DNA of 64,000 nucleotides from Klebsormidium nitens (taxonomy: Eukaryota > Plantae > Klebsormidiophyceae). Location: assembly GCA_000708835.1 (NCBI GenBank), contig DF237031.1, positions 162,423 through 226,422 of the forward strand, in the 5' to 3' direction. A program made the position numbers and the translations under genes. The notes beneath the pieces were generated by a model that was given only the letters and a program-made list of their open reading frames with translations, was not told where the DNA came from and searched no databases. This document shows positions 10,701 to 21,800 of the stretch, in pieces (positions within the stretch are counted from its first letter, which is position 1; the number at the start of each line of letters is the position of its first letter).

Positions 10701-13700
10701 GCCAGCAAAAAGAAGGGAGGGGCGAGCAACACGGGGCCCGCGAGGGCGGCCCTGGCGGCGAAACTGCTGAGCAAAGCGCAGCGCCGGGCGGCGATAAACG
10801 AAAGGGGGGGGACGCCAGATAGCACCGCGGGGACCCCCTCGCCGCGGGATGCTGACGTCAGCACACCCCTGGGAAGCGAAGCGGCCGACGCTGTCGACTC
10901 GGACGACCCCCCCTCGCCGCCGGTAGAGTACGATTCCCCTGACGACGAGGGCGATGTCGTTTTCGAGGGGGTGTCCAATCAGGGGCCAATGCAGCCCCCT
11001 GAACCGGGGGCAGCGCTGAAGGGGGCTCCAGAGCAGGGGGCTACGCCCCCCCTGGAGAAGGGTTGGGAGAAGAAGCTGAAGATTGAAACGGGAGAAGGGG
11101 AGGGGAGCAGAGAAGTGTCGCCGGCAGGGGGGGGGAGCGCAAAGTCGGCACGAAAGGGGGGGTCTCGGACGCAGCCCGGGGGGGTGATGGCGCTGTGCAA
11201 GGAGGTCGTGCTGAGTCTATCGGCGCACCGGGCGGGGCACCTCTTCAGAGACATTGATTACGAGGTAAGGCTTGAATATGAATGGGTCGTGACTGTAAGA
11301 ATGTATCTCCCAAATTACAGATTCGTTTGTTGTGGCTCTACTGGAACAATTACAATCTCTCGAGAAAGAATCTCTCCACTGCATGATTGAGCGAAATTCT
11401 CCATAACCTGTTGACGATGACGGTGGCGACGGCGCCTGTGGCTGGTGGCCTCTTGATTTACAGCAATTTGTGTCAGCGTCTGTTGGCTACATGCTCCCCG
11501 TCAGCCAGATCGAAGATGATGTTGTTATCCGCATAATCCAGCATGCCGAGCCGACGTAAAGCCCTTCTTTGAAGAAAAACGCGTGTTTTCCGCATGTTGC
11601 TTAACCCAGCTCTTCTACTCCCTTGGAGCTGCCCAGGCCGCGACCCACATCGGTGGACTATGAATTCAGCACAATTCCTCACAGTGTGCACAAGACGCAC
11701 AGCGCTCCCTCGACAGTTCTCAGGCCGTCTGCATCATTTCCTTCAAAAGTTGCAAAGTTCCTGTCAAATCGTGCTTGAATCACTTCAAGAAAATGGCTGA
11801 AAGCTAGCTCGTTGTCGCCCTCAAGAGCTTCTCAGGCGGCGACCACATCGAGCAGAGACTTGGTTGCAACATGATCCAGCAGAACCAGTAAACATCCGTG
11901 TATTCCAATCGTGATTCGAATCGAGCCAAGAGACATGGCGCTCGCTGGCAGACATTTCTTTCCAAAGTGTCAAATACTGCTTCGAAACGGCTGAACCCCA
12001 GCTCTTTTGTCCCCTTCAGAGCTTCCCAGGCGGCGACCAGATCGAGCGGAAACTCGACCTCAACACGATCCGGCACAACGTGGACGACGGCGTTTACGAC
12101 GCGGAGGGAAGCGCCGCCTTCTACACAGACGTGCAGGCCATGTGTGACAACGTGACCGCCGCTTTTCCGCCGGATTCCGGCGAGCACGTGGCCGCGACCG
12201 CGCTGCGCGCCTTTGCCCATGGCGAGATGGGCCTGGTGAGACGGCTTGCGGAGTACTTCGCGTTTGTGCGTCGTTTCAAGTTGCTGGAACGTTGATCGTC
12301 TTTCGCTCAGCTGAGATAAGTGTTGCGCGACTTTGCGCATGGCAAGCTGGGCGTGGTGTGAAGGCTTGCGGACGTTTTTGCTTCGCTGACCCGCTTGGAG
12401 ATACATGAGTAGCTGTCTTCAGAAGAAGAGAGTGGCTGCAAGTTTGGAAGACGTGTTGTGGTCGCACAACTGGTGAGAATGAGTCCTTGCTTATCCGATG
12501 CAATGCTGAAGTATGAAAGTGAGAAGCAATTGCCACATGCGTGAGTTCGCAAGTGACTGATTCAAGCCGTTGTCTGCTCTCTCTGCAATGAAGTTCCGAA
12601 GAAGTGGTTGAAGCTGGCTCTTTGCAACTTTCTAGGTCTCGTATGGCTTTGTACGTGATAAACGCATCAAAGTAACGCCAGAATTTGAGTGGTGCAGCGG
12701 ATTGAATACAGTTGAAGGCAGAAAGATAAAAGGAGAGAGGAGGCCAAAGAAAAGACCGAAAAGGGAACAAGCATTGAAAAGCAGTGTTCTGCTAAATTTC
12801 CTCTTGCACGCTGTGCGCATACGGGACTACACTCTATGTAGAGCATGTGCTTTCTGGTGGATGCTCGAGCTTCTGTGGGCTCTTCTGCGCTGATTATTAG
12901 AAACTGCCCTAAAGACTTTCGAGGAGCTTGCCAACAAGTTCGTCGATTCGACGAGCCGAACGTTAAGAGCAGGGGGACTCTACATCTGACAGCACAGCTG
13001 GCACAGTTTTTGGCGTTTGACAGCTGTAAGCATTTCCGCTGCAGGTATGGAAGACGGAGGAGATGATCCGCGACGGCGCGCGCAGCTCCCGGCGGCCGCC
13101 GCCCAAGTTCGAGCCTTTCCAGGCAACCCCTCGGAGAAGTCCACTGGGGAAGAGCGAGGCTGCCAATGCGCTGGGGGGGGGAACCGGGCAGGCTTCCCGG
13201 CCACAGTCCAAGGGTAGGTCTAGGCTGGGGACTCCGACTGGACCCCCCCCTGAAGAGGGAAAGGAGGAGGGAGACGATGAAGAGGAGGTAGAGGAAATAG
13301 GAGAAGGGGGAGAGGTGGAGGCGGAATCGAAGAGTAGCAAAGGGAAGAGAAAGGGGGGGGTAAAGGGTGGGTCGGATGCAGCGACGCCAAAAGGTGGAGC
13401 GGGGGGTAAAGGGAAAAGTGCGCCAAAAGGAGAGGAGACTGCGTTTGCGGAAGAGAAGGGGAGCACGCCGAAAGGGGACGGGAAGGCGGGGGGCAGGCAG
13501 AAAGCGAAACCAAAAGCTTCGCCAAAGACCGAACCGAAGCCTCCCTCCAAGTCGCATAAGAAACAACAGCCTGCTCCAAAGTCAGAGCCGGCGAAGAAGA
13601 CGGGTGGGGGAGTAAAGGTTTCGCAAGCGGCGAAAGCAAGTCCTGTGGGCGAGATTTCAGAAATAGAGGAACCCAAGAAGGGCAAGGGAGTCAAACGAGC

Positions 13701-13758
13701 GCTTGAGAGCATTGCTGAGCCGGAAAAGAAAAAGTCGCACAAGAAAGCGCGTAGGTAG
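4782..13758 (+). CDS. BRD8: BRD8-like SANT/Myb + bromodomain chromatin protein (~2124 aa)
   Basis: Exons 4782-4973, 5616-5767, 6164-11264, 12020-12235, 13045-13758; all introns GT-AG with consistent phases (6375 nt). The N-terminus WTLQEELLLAHAVMRYGTDDWKLVAQTL...FSPELCEAHF...LRAQRLAELR matches the BRD8-type SANT + coiled coil. The bromodomain (HLFRDIDYE|SFPGGDQIERKLDLNTIRHNVDDGVY...MCDNVTAAFPPDS) is split by intron 3, and the C-terminus is Lys-rich. An in-frame upstream ATG at 4764 is an alternative start. Confidence 0.88.
5431..5512 (+). repeat. Degenerate intronic copy of the acceptor and 5' part of BRD8-like exon 2
   Basis: tcttttcacAG|ctttgcgaagcccagttcgggatgcttcacgctcgacgcggggctctagcggtggggcccgatggc versus the real ttttcttacAG|ctttgcgaagcccacttcgggctgctccacgctcggtgcggcgctctcgcggcagggcccgacggc (exon starts 5616). 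Confidence 0.85.
8130..8545 (+). repeat. Coding minisatellite, ~21-nt unit encoding E-E-R-P-x-x-S/F
   Basis: Repeated GA(A/G)GAGCG(T/C)CCG cores give EERPTTS, EERPRAS, EERPNAF, EERPVVA, EERPVLS, EERPVAF, EERPLLS and similar units within BRD8-like exon 3. Confidence 0.85.
11824..11891 (+). repeat. Degenerate intronic copy of the 5' end of BRD8-like exon 4
   Basis: AG|agcttctcaggcggcgaccacatcgagcagagacttggttgcaacatgatccagcagaac versus AG|agcttcccaggcggcgaccagatcgagcggaaactcgacctcaacacgatccggcacaac (12018 onward). A fainter third copy lies at ~11625-11659. Confidence 0.8.
12322..12385 (+). repeat. Degenerate intronic copy of the 3' end and donor of BRD8-like exon 4 (period 120 nt)
   Basis: gttgcgcgactttgcgcatggcaagctgggcgtggtgtgaaggcttgcgga versus gctgcgcgcctttgcccatggcgagatgggcctggtgagacggcttgcgga (12202 onward). 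Confidence 0.8.
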
Positions 13759-15864
13759 GGCGTGACCAGGTCAGGTCAAATGTCACTTGTGTACTGTTAT
13801 GAAAGTTACGACTTGATTGCGGACACAGCAGTCGTAGAATATTGATCTTGGTCGATCTGGTTCGTCAGCCAACAGGCGGCGGCCGGCGGCGAGAACTCGA
13901 TCAAGTGTGGAATGCTGGCCGCCTAATCGCGGAAGCTCTGGCCAGACGGGGTAATGATGATCGGCCCTTCGCTATCATAATTGATATTCGGTGACTGAGC
14001 GATCAATTTGATTGGAATCCCGGCAGCGAAAGCCCGGCCTTGTTCATTTCAAATGGCTGCTGAGTCGGACTGAATGATTGTTTTCATCCAGTACGTGACG
14101 GCCCGCTGCGCGGACCCCATAAGAATACTGTCGCATGAAAGATCAACATGGCGTGCTGTCATTGCATAAGAAACACATGTACGTCCTGCCATCATGCATG
14201 GCATGACTCTCGACTCAAATCAATCGCGCATGCATATGCGTTTCAAGTAATGATATTGCACGCATGCCGCGCAATCATTAACTTACCAATCCGATCCGGC
14301 CGTTTGGAGTCACGCGGTGACAAGCGAGACCGTCCGACCATTTATGGCCGCGCCGCGTTCATGCACTACTAATTTATATACGTGCATGTACGTACATGTT
14401 GACTAGGCTCAATGACTCGTGCATATGCGGCCGGGCATATATATGATGTTCTGTTTTCAAACGCCCGGCGTATCCACATGGGCCATAGACTTCCATGGCA
14501 TACACGGGAATAAATGTTCTGAGTTCTGAACGCCTACTAAAACTACCCTCCCAAATCTTGGTTTGCTACATTAGTACATATAGCTAGTTTGTCAACGTCT
14601 CCTAATGGCTTAGGTAGCCTATCCACTGTCGTGATGCTACATGTCGTGTCAGTAACGTCTCGGGTCCTATGACCATGCGCAATCTAATGTGCTCGAAATG
14701 AAAAACTACCGCGGCTAATCCGCGCAATCAATCCGGACATGCTTGTGTAGTCGTAGTCATGCAGAAAACGTAGTAATCCATGGTACCCAAGGTTGGAACT
14801 CACGACAAGGCTGTGCTGAGAAGACACAAGAAGAGAGGCAATGCTAAGTAGACTAAGGGATGCTAACGTGGTAGGCCACCATGTAAGGGTGCGCCTTGAA
14901 AGCTCCTCCAAGCGAGTCTACTCGCGAAAAGAATGGTCTCCTAGCGAGGTGTCTCTGCCTAATGTATGGCGTGGTCTGAGGCTAACCGTAAGACTAGCCT
15001 ATCGAATCGAATACAAGCAGACTGAGCTGTGGCTCAAGTCCTAACGACTGCAAACGTGAACTAGAGTCTGCGATAACCTGCTAAGGTAACCGCGTCTCTG
15101 CAATCTAGCTCGTAAGCTATGCAACGTCTCATAAGCTATGCGATAACAAGCAAATCATGCAATACGCTATGCAACCGATGCTCTGCTATGCCGATGTCAT
15201 ACAGCGTGACACCACTACAATTCGGCCACTCAATGACGTCGGAATACGCACTGACATACTGATCGAAGCCTGAAGACGGTCCTTAATTAATTGGTCACTC
15301 GGCCTCATGCAGTGGGCGGGAGGGTGTAATAGTTCAATATTGAACATCGCTTACAAGCCTGTTGGATGATTTTTGGAGGATTGCGCATGCTAGACCGTAC
15401 GTTCGATCAATGCCAGCCATTACGGTTATATTGGTTGGGCCGTATTTCATAACATCATAGATAATCTGCGGGCCAACACCGTCACTACACATTGAATAGT
15501 TCACTTGCATGTCTGTCTGTTTCGATTACGTTCATAAAAGGTACATTTCCGTACAGTACGCTCAACGTACCTTCAGCCTGTAAATCTCATGCTTGGATAA
15601 GCCTGCTCTTCGCCATGTACGTATGCAAGTGACCGGAACATGACCTTAGCTCAATCGTGGATCTATAGAACCGTGACTTGTTCTGATCCAACGTCAAACT
15701 CTAGATATTTGCGTGCTTGAAAGCTCAGAAGAAAAAAGCCGTCGATTTAGCCAATCCGATCAGCATGATGGTATCTTTCCCACTCATTCTGATGAACGCC
15801 CTGATTCACGCTCGAGCCAGAGCAAATTGGTCGACGTTCTTCACCAAACGGCTTATGGGCACAC

Positions 15865-18800
15865 TCAAGAGGCATGCATCCGAGCCGTGGGAACGTCTTT
15901 CCCGGTTGCTTGTTTTGTCCGCTTCCATACTATTACTACCCCGTCGCAGTCGCACGAAGCTAGAAAGTTTTCGCCGTGGTTCCACGAGACGTCCGTGACG
16001 GGAGCGGTATGACCCTGCAAGACAACATAAACTTGGTTTCCGCACGAAGAAAGACGAATGGAAGAAGGGCAGCACCGAAGAAAATGCAAGTGCAGTTTGC
16101 CATTCAAAAAGCCTGCAAACGCTGGCATCCACGCAGCGAAGAGCTAGTACCAGCGGCCAAAACGGAGTCGTGAAATGTCAACCACCTTCGAGCTTGAAAG
16201 CCATAAGGATCAACATCGAAGCGAGCAAATGCACTCACCATTAGTTTATTAACGCAGGCCCGGCCTGGCCTGATGAAGTCGTAGAAGTATACGGTGGTGT
16301 CCTCATTCCCGGTAACTGCATAAAACACATTTTTGGAAGTGAGCGGCGCCTGAAGAGGACGAACCAATTTTCTACGATCGGCAGTCAGATGGAAAGGTGC
16401 GCCTCCTTCCTCTCTCCAAATAATCTCCCTTTTCGAAACAAAGCTCGTCAATTGCTCCTACAGTGGTCCACACGAGCGACTCGACCTTCTTCAAGCTCGT
16501 AGGCGGTCAATCAGAACCCGCTGTAATGTAACGTCCCGCTTCCAACACATCCGTAAAGAGCATTCTCATGGGTCCACTACAGCAGCGGGCTTCGTTGCTC
16601 CATCCCTACTTGCTTCTTTCTTCTCACAATCCCGCTTCACTTCCTTTCCAACTCAACCCTATCCAAGGCCTTCCCCTGTCGCGACTTCCCAAAAATGCAT
16701 GGCAAAGAAAGTGTCGGGCCCGTTTGCGATACAAGCAATGGTAATGTCGAGGTTGCCGCAACTCAGACTACGGGGCAGCCTCAACTAATTGACCACAAAA
16801 GAATTTTATTCTGTTTGCAGATCGCCGGTGGCTCCGCCCCCGAAGGATCTCTTTCGCTGCATACTTTCTGTGTAAAGATTTCCTCCTTCTCCTAGCACAC
16901 AGTTGCTGCAGGTACGGTCAACCTGCACACCTGACCCAACCTCGCCGAGTGCGCAAAACTTGGGCCATTCAATCGGTGGCTTCCAGTTCACAAAGGGTCC
17001 TGGTTGTGCACATTGCGAGTAGAGTTTGGAAATCGGCTCAAATCGGACTTGCGGTCAGGCCGTACCCGCAGTAACCCTGATGTTTGAGGCCCATTGGAGA
17101 AAACAATTTCCTCTCCTCACCGATGAACTCCCCTTTTTCCAGGCTGAGCAGCGGGCAGAAGGACGCCCGGATGTTTCGCGCGCGGGGCTGCAGCTGCAGC
17201 GTCACCTTGGGCGTTAAGTACCCGTCCACCTCCGCAGCCACGCTGCAAGCAAGAAGAGGCGCCCGGTTAATTGACACACATAGCATGTTCAAAGTAACAT
17301 CGATGTCTGGTTGCAAAAAGGGAGTATTGGAACGGATCCTTGAGTGTCAAGCACGCGTCCACCTCTGCATTGAATTACAAGCAGGGGGAGGCGCCCTGTT
17401 AATCAAAGGCAACACAACACTGTTGAAATACCATTGGAGAAGCTCATCTGTGTTGGTTGTGGACGCTTGCAAGCGGCTATTGATTTGACGGGCGCAGCCA
17501 CCGATTTCCAGTGCTTGCCAGAAATATTGCCGTCTGTTCGCAAGAAAGTTCACTTTCCCAATCCAAAGCCACCGAAGAAGAACAGACACTGGAAACAACT
17601 CGACAATCTAACCATTTTGAAGAAGACTCGGCGATGCTTGCGGACATTAAGTACCGGAAAAGCGAAGCGTTCCGGGTCTGGGGCTCGCAAGCAATACTGG
17701 CGCGTTTGTGCCCCTGTCAATGACTTTGTCAAGCGAAATACGCATCGAAAAGCATTGTGAAGCTTGCTGCAGCAGTGACACTTCACCCGGAAAACGGCAA
17801 CGCCCTATCCGTCGTGCTTGCGAGCAGCACCGACCCATGCGCGCCACAGGATGCACGTGTAAGACTCCGTTTGGCACATCGCACAATAAAAGCGTCGAGA
17901 AGCTTGATACGGTCAACACCTAGGGGTCAGGCATCATTCCTCACCTGAAGAAGCGCAACGTTCCGTCCCTGATACTCGCGAGTAGCACTGGCCCGTTCGC
18001 GAGCAGGGAAAAGCTGCGGAAGACGATTGCGGAACACGGGGACCATTTGCCGCCCGGAAGCACGTTACGGTGCGCGTGCCGTAACGCGCCTGTATGCGCG
18101 TCGACGGCAAAACTGTGAACGGTCCCGTGGTTGTCTCCAACGAAGAGGATCCGGCCGGTGTTATCGATGTCGATGGCGGTAGCGGGGCAGTCGATGCTGG
18201 CTTTGTGGTTGACGCGGCCCGTGCTGAAATTGATTATCTGGTTTGGAAACAGGTTTACACAGGGTTAGGATTAAGGATCGAGGAGGTTAAGAAGGTATGT
18301 CGGATACGCCCGATGTCATGGACGTCTATTGCGGTGGCTGGGCAGTCGATGGCTGTTTGTGGTTGACGCGGCCCGTGCTGAAATTGATAGTCTGTTTCGA
18401 AACGGAGTAGAGATGGTTAGGACACGAGGAAAAGAAACATTGATTGACTGGAAGGCTTTGCAGGCCACCGTGAAAGTTGGGTAAATTGTAGAAAACGCAC
18501 TCTGTCGGGGTCGACGCAAGCGGGAGAAAGGTGGCCTTAGAGGGTTACTGTAGTCAGCGAGGCTCTCAATGGTGGCTTTATCGTGGCTTGTAAGAGCCTC
18601 GATTCACTATTGTGATCTGCATGCAATCAACTCTGTGAGTGCGGTAAGTGCATCACCTGGATTTAGGACAAAACTAGGTGAGATTTGGTTGCCAACGTAA
18701 CGGGTAGTTGACTCGCAGAACGTACAGATGGACATTTTTTAAATGGGTTTTAAAAGACAGCTTCCCAACAATTCCGACTTGACAAAATGAGGGTGCGCAT

Positions 18801-21800
18801 AGGACATGCAACCCAAAACTGCACTGTGCACATGTTCTTTATGCTTGGTCGAAGAGTATAATTTTGAAGGATGCTGGCGCCATTACTCTTTCACGCGTTG
18901 AGTGTCAATGCCCACTTCGAAGGAGGTGCACTGCAAGGGGAAGCATTGCAACGAGAATCCCTTCTGCCTCCTTTGCTCTTGCACACCGAGCGTTATGCAA
19001 AACTGCCAGCTCGGGGTAATTCCAGAGGGAAGCTACGATGCCTAGCTCGGGTGTAAGAAGAACGAGGAGCGAGGGGACCACTTACCGACACTTCGCTGGA
19101 CGCATTCCCAACGAAGAGCAGGTTATTGTTTACCTGCAGAGAGAAACTTACAGGTGAGCACCGAGGACAGCTGCTACAAACAATCTCCGATTCGAGCTCA
19201 GATTACGAGGCGGAATGCAGAAGTTCTGATTTAAAGCTGACAAGACGTGACCGGAACCCAACTCATTTCTACGGGCTAACACCTCTCGAAATCCTTCCAT
19301 CTAAGAGAATGCCGCCGGAAAACCCCTCCATTTTTTGCCTGTTCGGCAGGCAGCCTGAGAGCGTTCGATCACTTCAAAACACCAAGGAGAACCTCAAATA
19401 TACAAAGGCCTGCTTTGACTTCAAACGAGCAGCCTTTCCCACCTGAAAGATTCGAGGCTGGCGCTGGGAAGAAGTGGAAGAAGAAAGTGGAAGAACTGAA
19501 TCTAAGTAACGGACGACTCTGAGAATGGAAAAGATGACACAATATAACGACCCAGGAACGGGCCAAAAACTGGACCGGTATACAAGGCCAGAGAACAATC
19601 GAGTCAGGAACAGAACGAGCACAGAAATTAAGGCGCGGGGGCTGGAAGGATCACAACGGTATAATTAGGAACCGAGCAAACCGCTATCAGGACGAGCCAG
19701 GCCATTATAGCCATCAAGAGGAATGGAGAGAGCCAGGAACGAAAAATTTCAATATCTCGGCGGCATTTGGCTTGCGGGCTCACAAAACTAAGCGGACTCC
19801 GACGCCGCCTTACACTATGCGAACACAAATGCGCCAGCAAGGAAACGGAACAAACCGAGGATTTGAGACTCACACCTCCAACGAAATGGCTCGCAAACAT
19901 ACTGAAACGAGGCACCAGGACAGCTGTGCGGAGTGCCATGATCAATGCATACACGAACGGAGAGCGGGATGAGGCCATGACGGAAACACTCGCAACGGAA
20001 CGAGGATAAATAAATGAAGCAGCACATCACGAAAAGCGCGCAGCGGCTCACGGGGTTGAAGCAGCAGCACAGTTGTGCGGAGCTGCCATAGACGATCCGG
20101 ATGCAGTCCCCTCTGGTGGCGTTCCAAACGCGGACCGTCTTGTCGAGCGAGCAAGAGAGGAGGTACTCGTTGTTGGAGGACCAATCAAAGTCTGCACATG
20201 AAGCAAATCGAAACATCATAAGCGACGTTTCTTTTCCCACAGCTTGATCTATCGAAACCAGGACAGAGTGGCCTTAAGACCCGTAAACAGTTGAAACAGA
20301 CGAAAGGCCGCAAGCTACTTGTAGCCCCAGAATGTTGACTGATAGCTCTGTTGTCGTGATCCGCAGATGATTCGTTGCTGCGCAAGACGCTCTTGGGCGG
20401 AGAGCAGAGCGGAGTAACCTATTCGAGAGGAACGACCCTAGCACGAAAGGAAAGACAAAAGGGCAGCTGCTTCATTCCATCCGGAGAAACGACCAGATGA
20501 CACCAAGGACCGAACGTTCAAGGGGCAACGGCGAACAACTCACCCGTGATCTCTTTGGTGTGTCCAACAAGCTTGAGAATCACCCTGGGGGGGTCCGCCA
20601 CAGAGCAAACCCGTAGCACGCCGTCCCCCCCGGCGTAAGCAAGCACATCGCTGCTTCGTCTCCCAAACTTGATTACATTCACTACGCAGCAAGAAAGACG
20701 ACAGCTTAAGGTTCAGAAGTCGGACGCGTCGAATGAATCTGTTATTTGGCATTGGCCGCTTCACAATCAAGTTCGACAACGAAGCAGGCACGCAAGGAGC
20801 TACTGCAAAGTCAATCCAGTACAGCTAGTCACCAAGAAGGGAAGGCGGACCAAAGGAGTGCAAACTGTGGTATGGATCTACATCTTTCCTGCCGCCTGAC
20901 AGTAGAGTGCCCTCTCGGACACTGCTGCGAACCCTCAGGAAAAGCGGACGTTCAATTTCGTCCTACATATAATTGCACGCGTCCATTCTCATGCAAGTAA
21001 ACGATAACTGCAAAACGTACCCGGCAGTTTGCTGTCGTCGAAGATGCATTGCATGCCCACGAAGGAGTAGGCCGGCTCGTCCTTAGTCGCAGAGAGAGAA
21101 CTAGTATGGGACGCTTCGCTCGTCGTGCTGCTCACGCTGTCCCGCCGGCTGATTGTACGGGACAGGCTAGAGAAGCTGCCTCCTCGATTCTGTTCGAACA
21201 AAACGAACAGTTCTCTGACACCTTCAAGGTTGTGGATCTTCTGGACAGATTTGCAGGTGCTTATATGTCCTCTTCCGAAACTTTCTCTAGAGAGTTCAAA
21301 GAGGGCAAAAAGTTCAGAGGGCAAAAAATTCAGAACGTGACGTCCGGTAATCTGTTTACCTGGTGCTGGACAGATGCAGGGGGAAAGCGCAAAGAGATGT
21401 GTATGGCGGACACGAAACGCTTGCCGCTCTGTACGAAGTACTTGCTCAAACTCTGTACGGAACGAAACGCACTTACTTTTCTCAAATCCTCTCCCGACGG
21501 CGACATCTGAGGCGGGCCAGGTGATGAAGGGGTAAGGCTGCAAAGTGGAAAGCAGAAAGTCACAAGCTGACTCTAAAGATTTCTCCTCAAGCCTGCCGCC
21601 AGCGACTGGCACACTGTACAGGATTTGCAGCGATTTCGGACAGATCTTTGCTTTGCTTACTTACTCAGCCCTGCATTTATGAGAGTACCTAATTGTACGC
21701 TAGAGAAATGGACGGACGGACAGAGTTTGGTAAGTGCCATCTGATTTCTTGATGCCCCGTTTTAAAAGTTCCGAGGCAGGTTACTTACTGTGAGTCAAGC

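Noticed and set aside
6515-10978. Long antisense ORFs (455 aa, 384 aa, 267 aa and others), rich in Ser/Pro
   Set aside because: These are shadows of the GA-rich, Glu/Gly-rich BRD8 exon on the opposite strand, with no independent motifs.
12667-13742. Antisense ORFs of 299 aa and 259 aa
   Set aside because: They are the reverse complement of the Lys/Gly-rich last BRD8 exon.
13954-14073. Possible box C/D snoRNA (ATGATGA ... CTGA)
   Set aside because: There is no terminal stem and no recognisable rRNA-complementary guide; short motifs like these are expected by chance.
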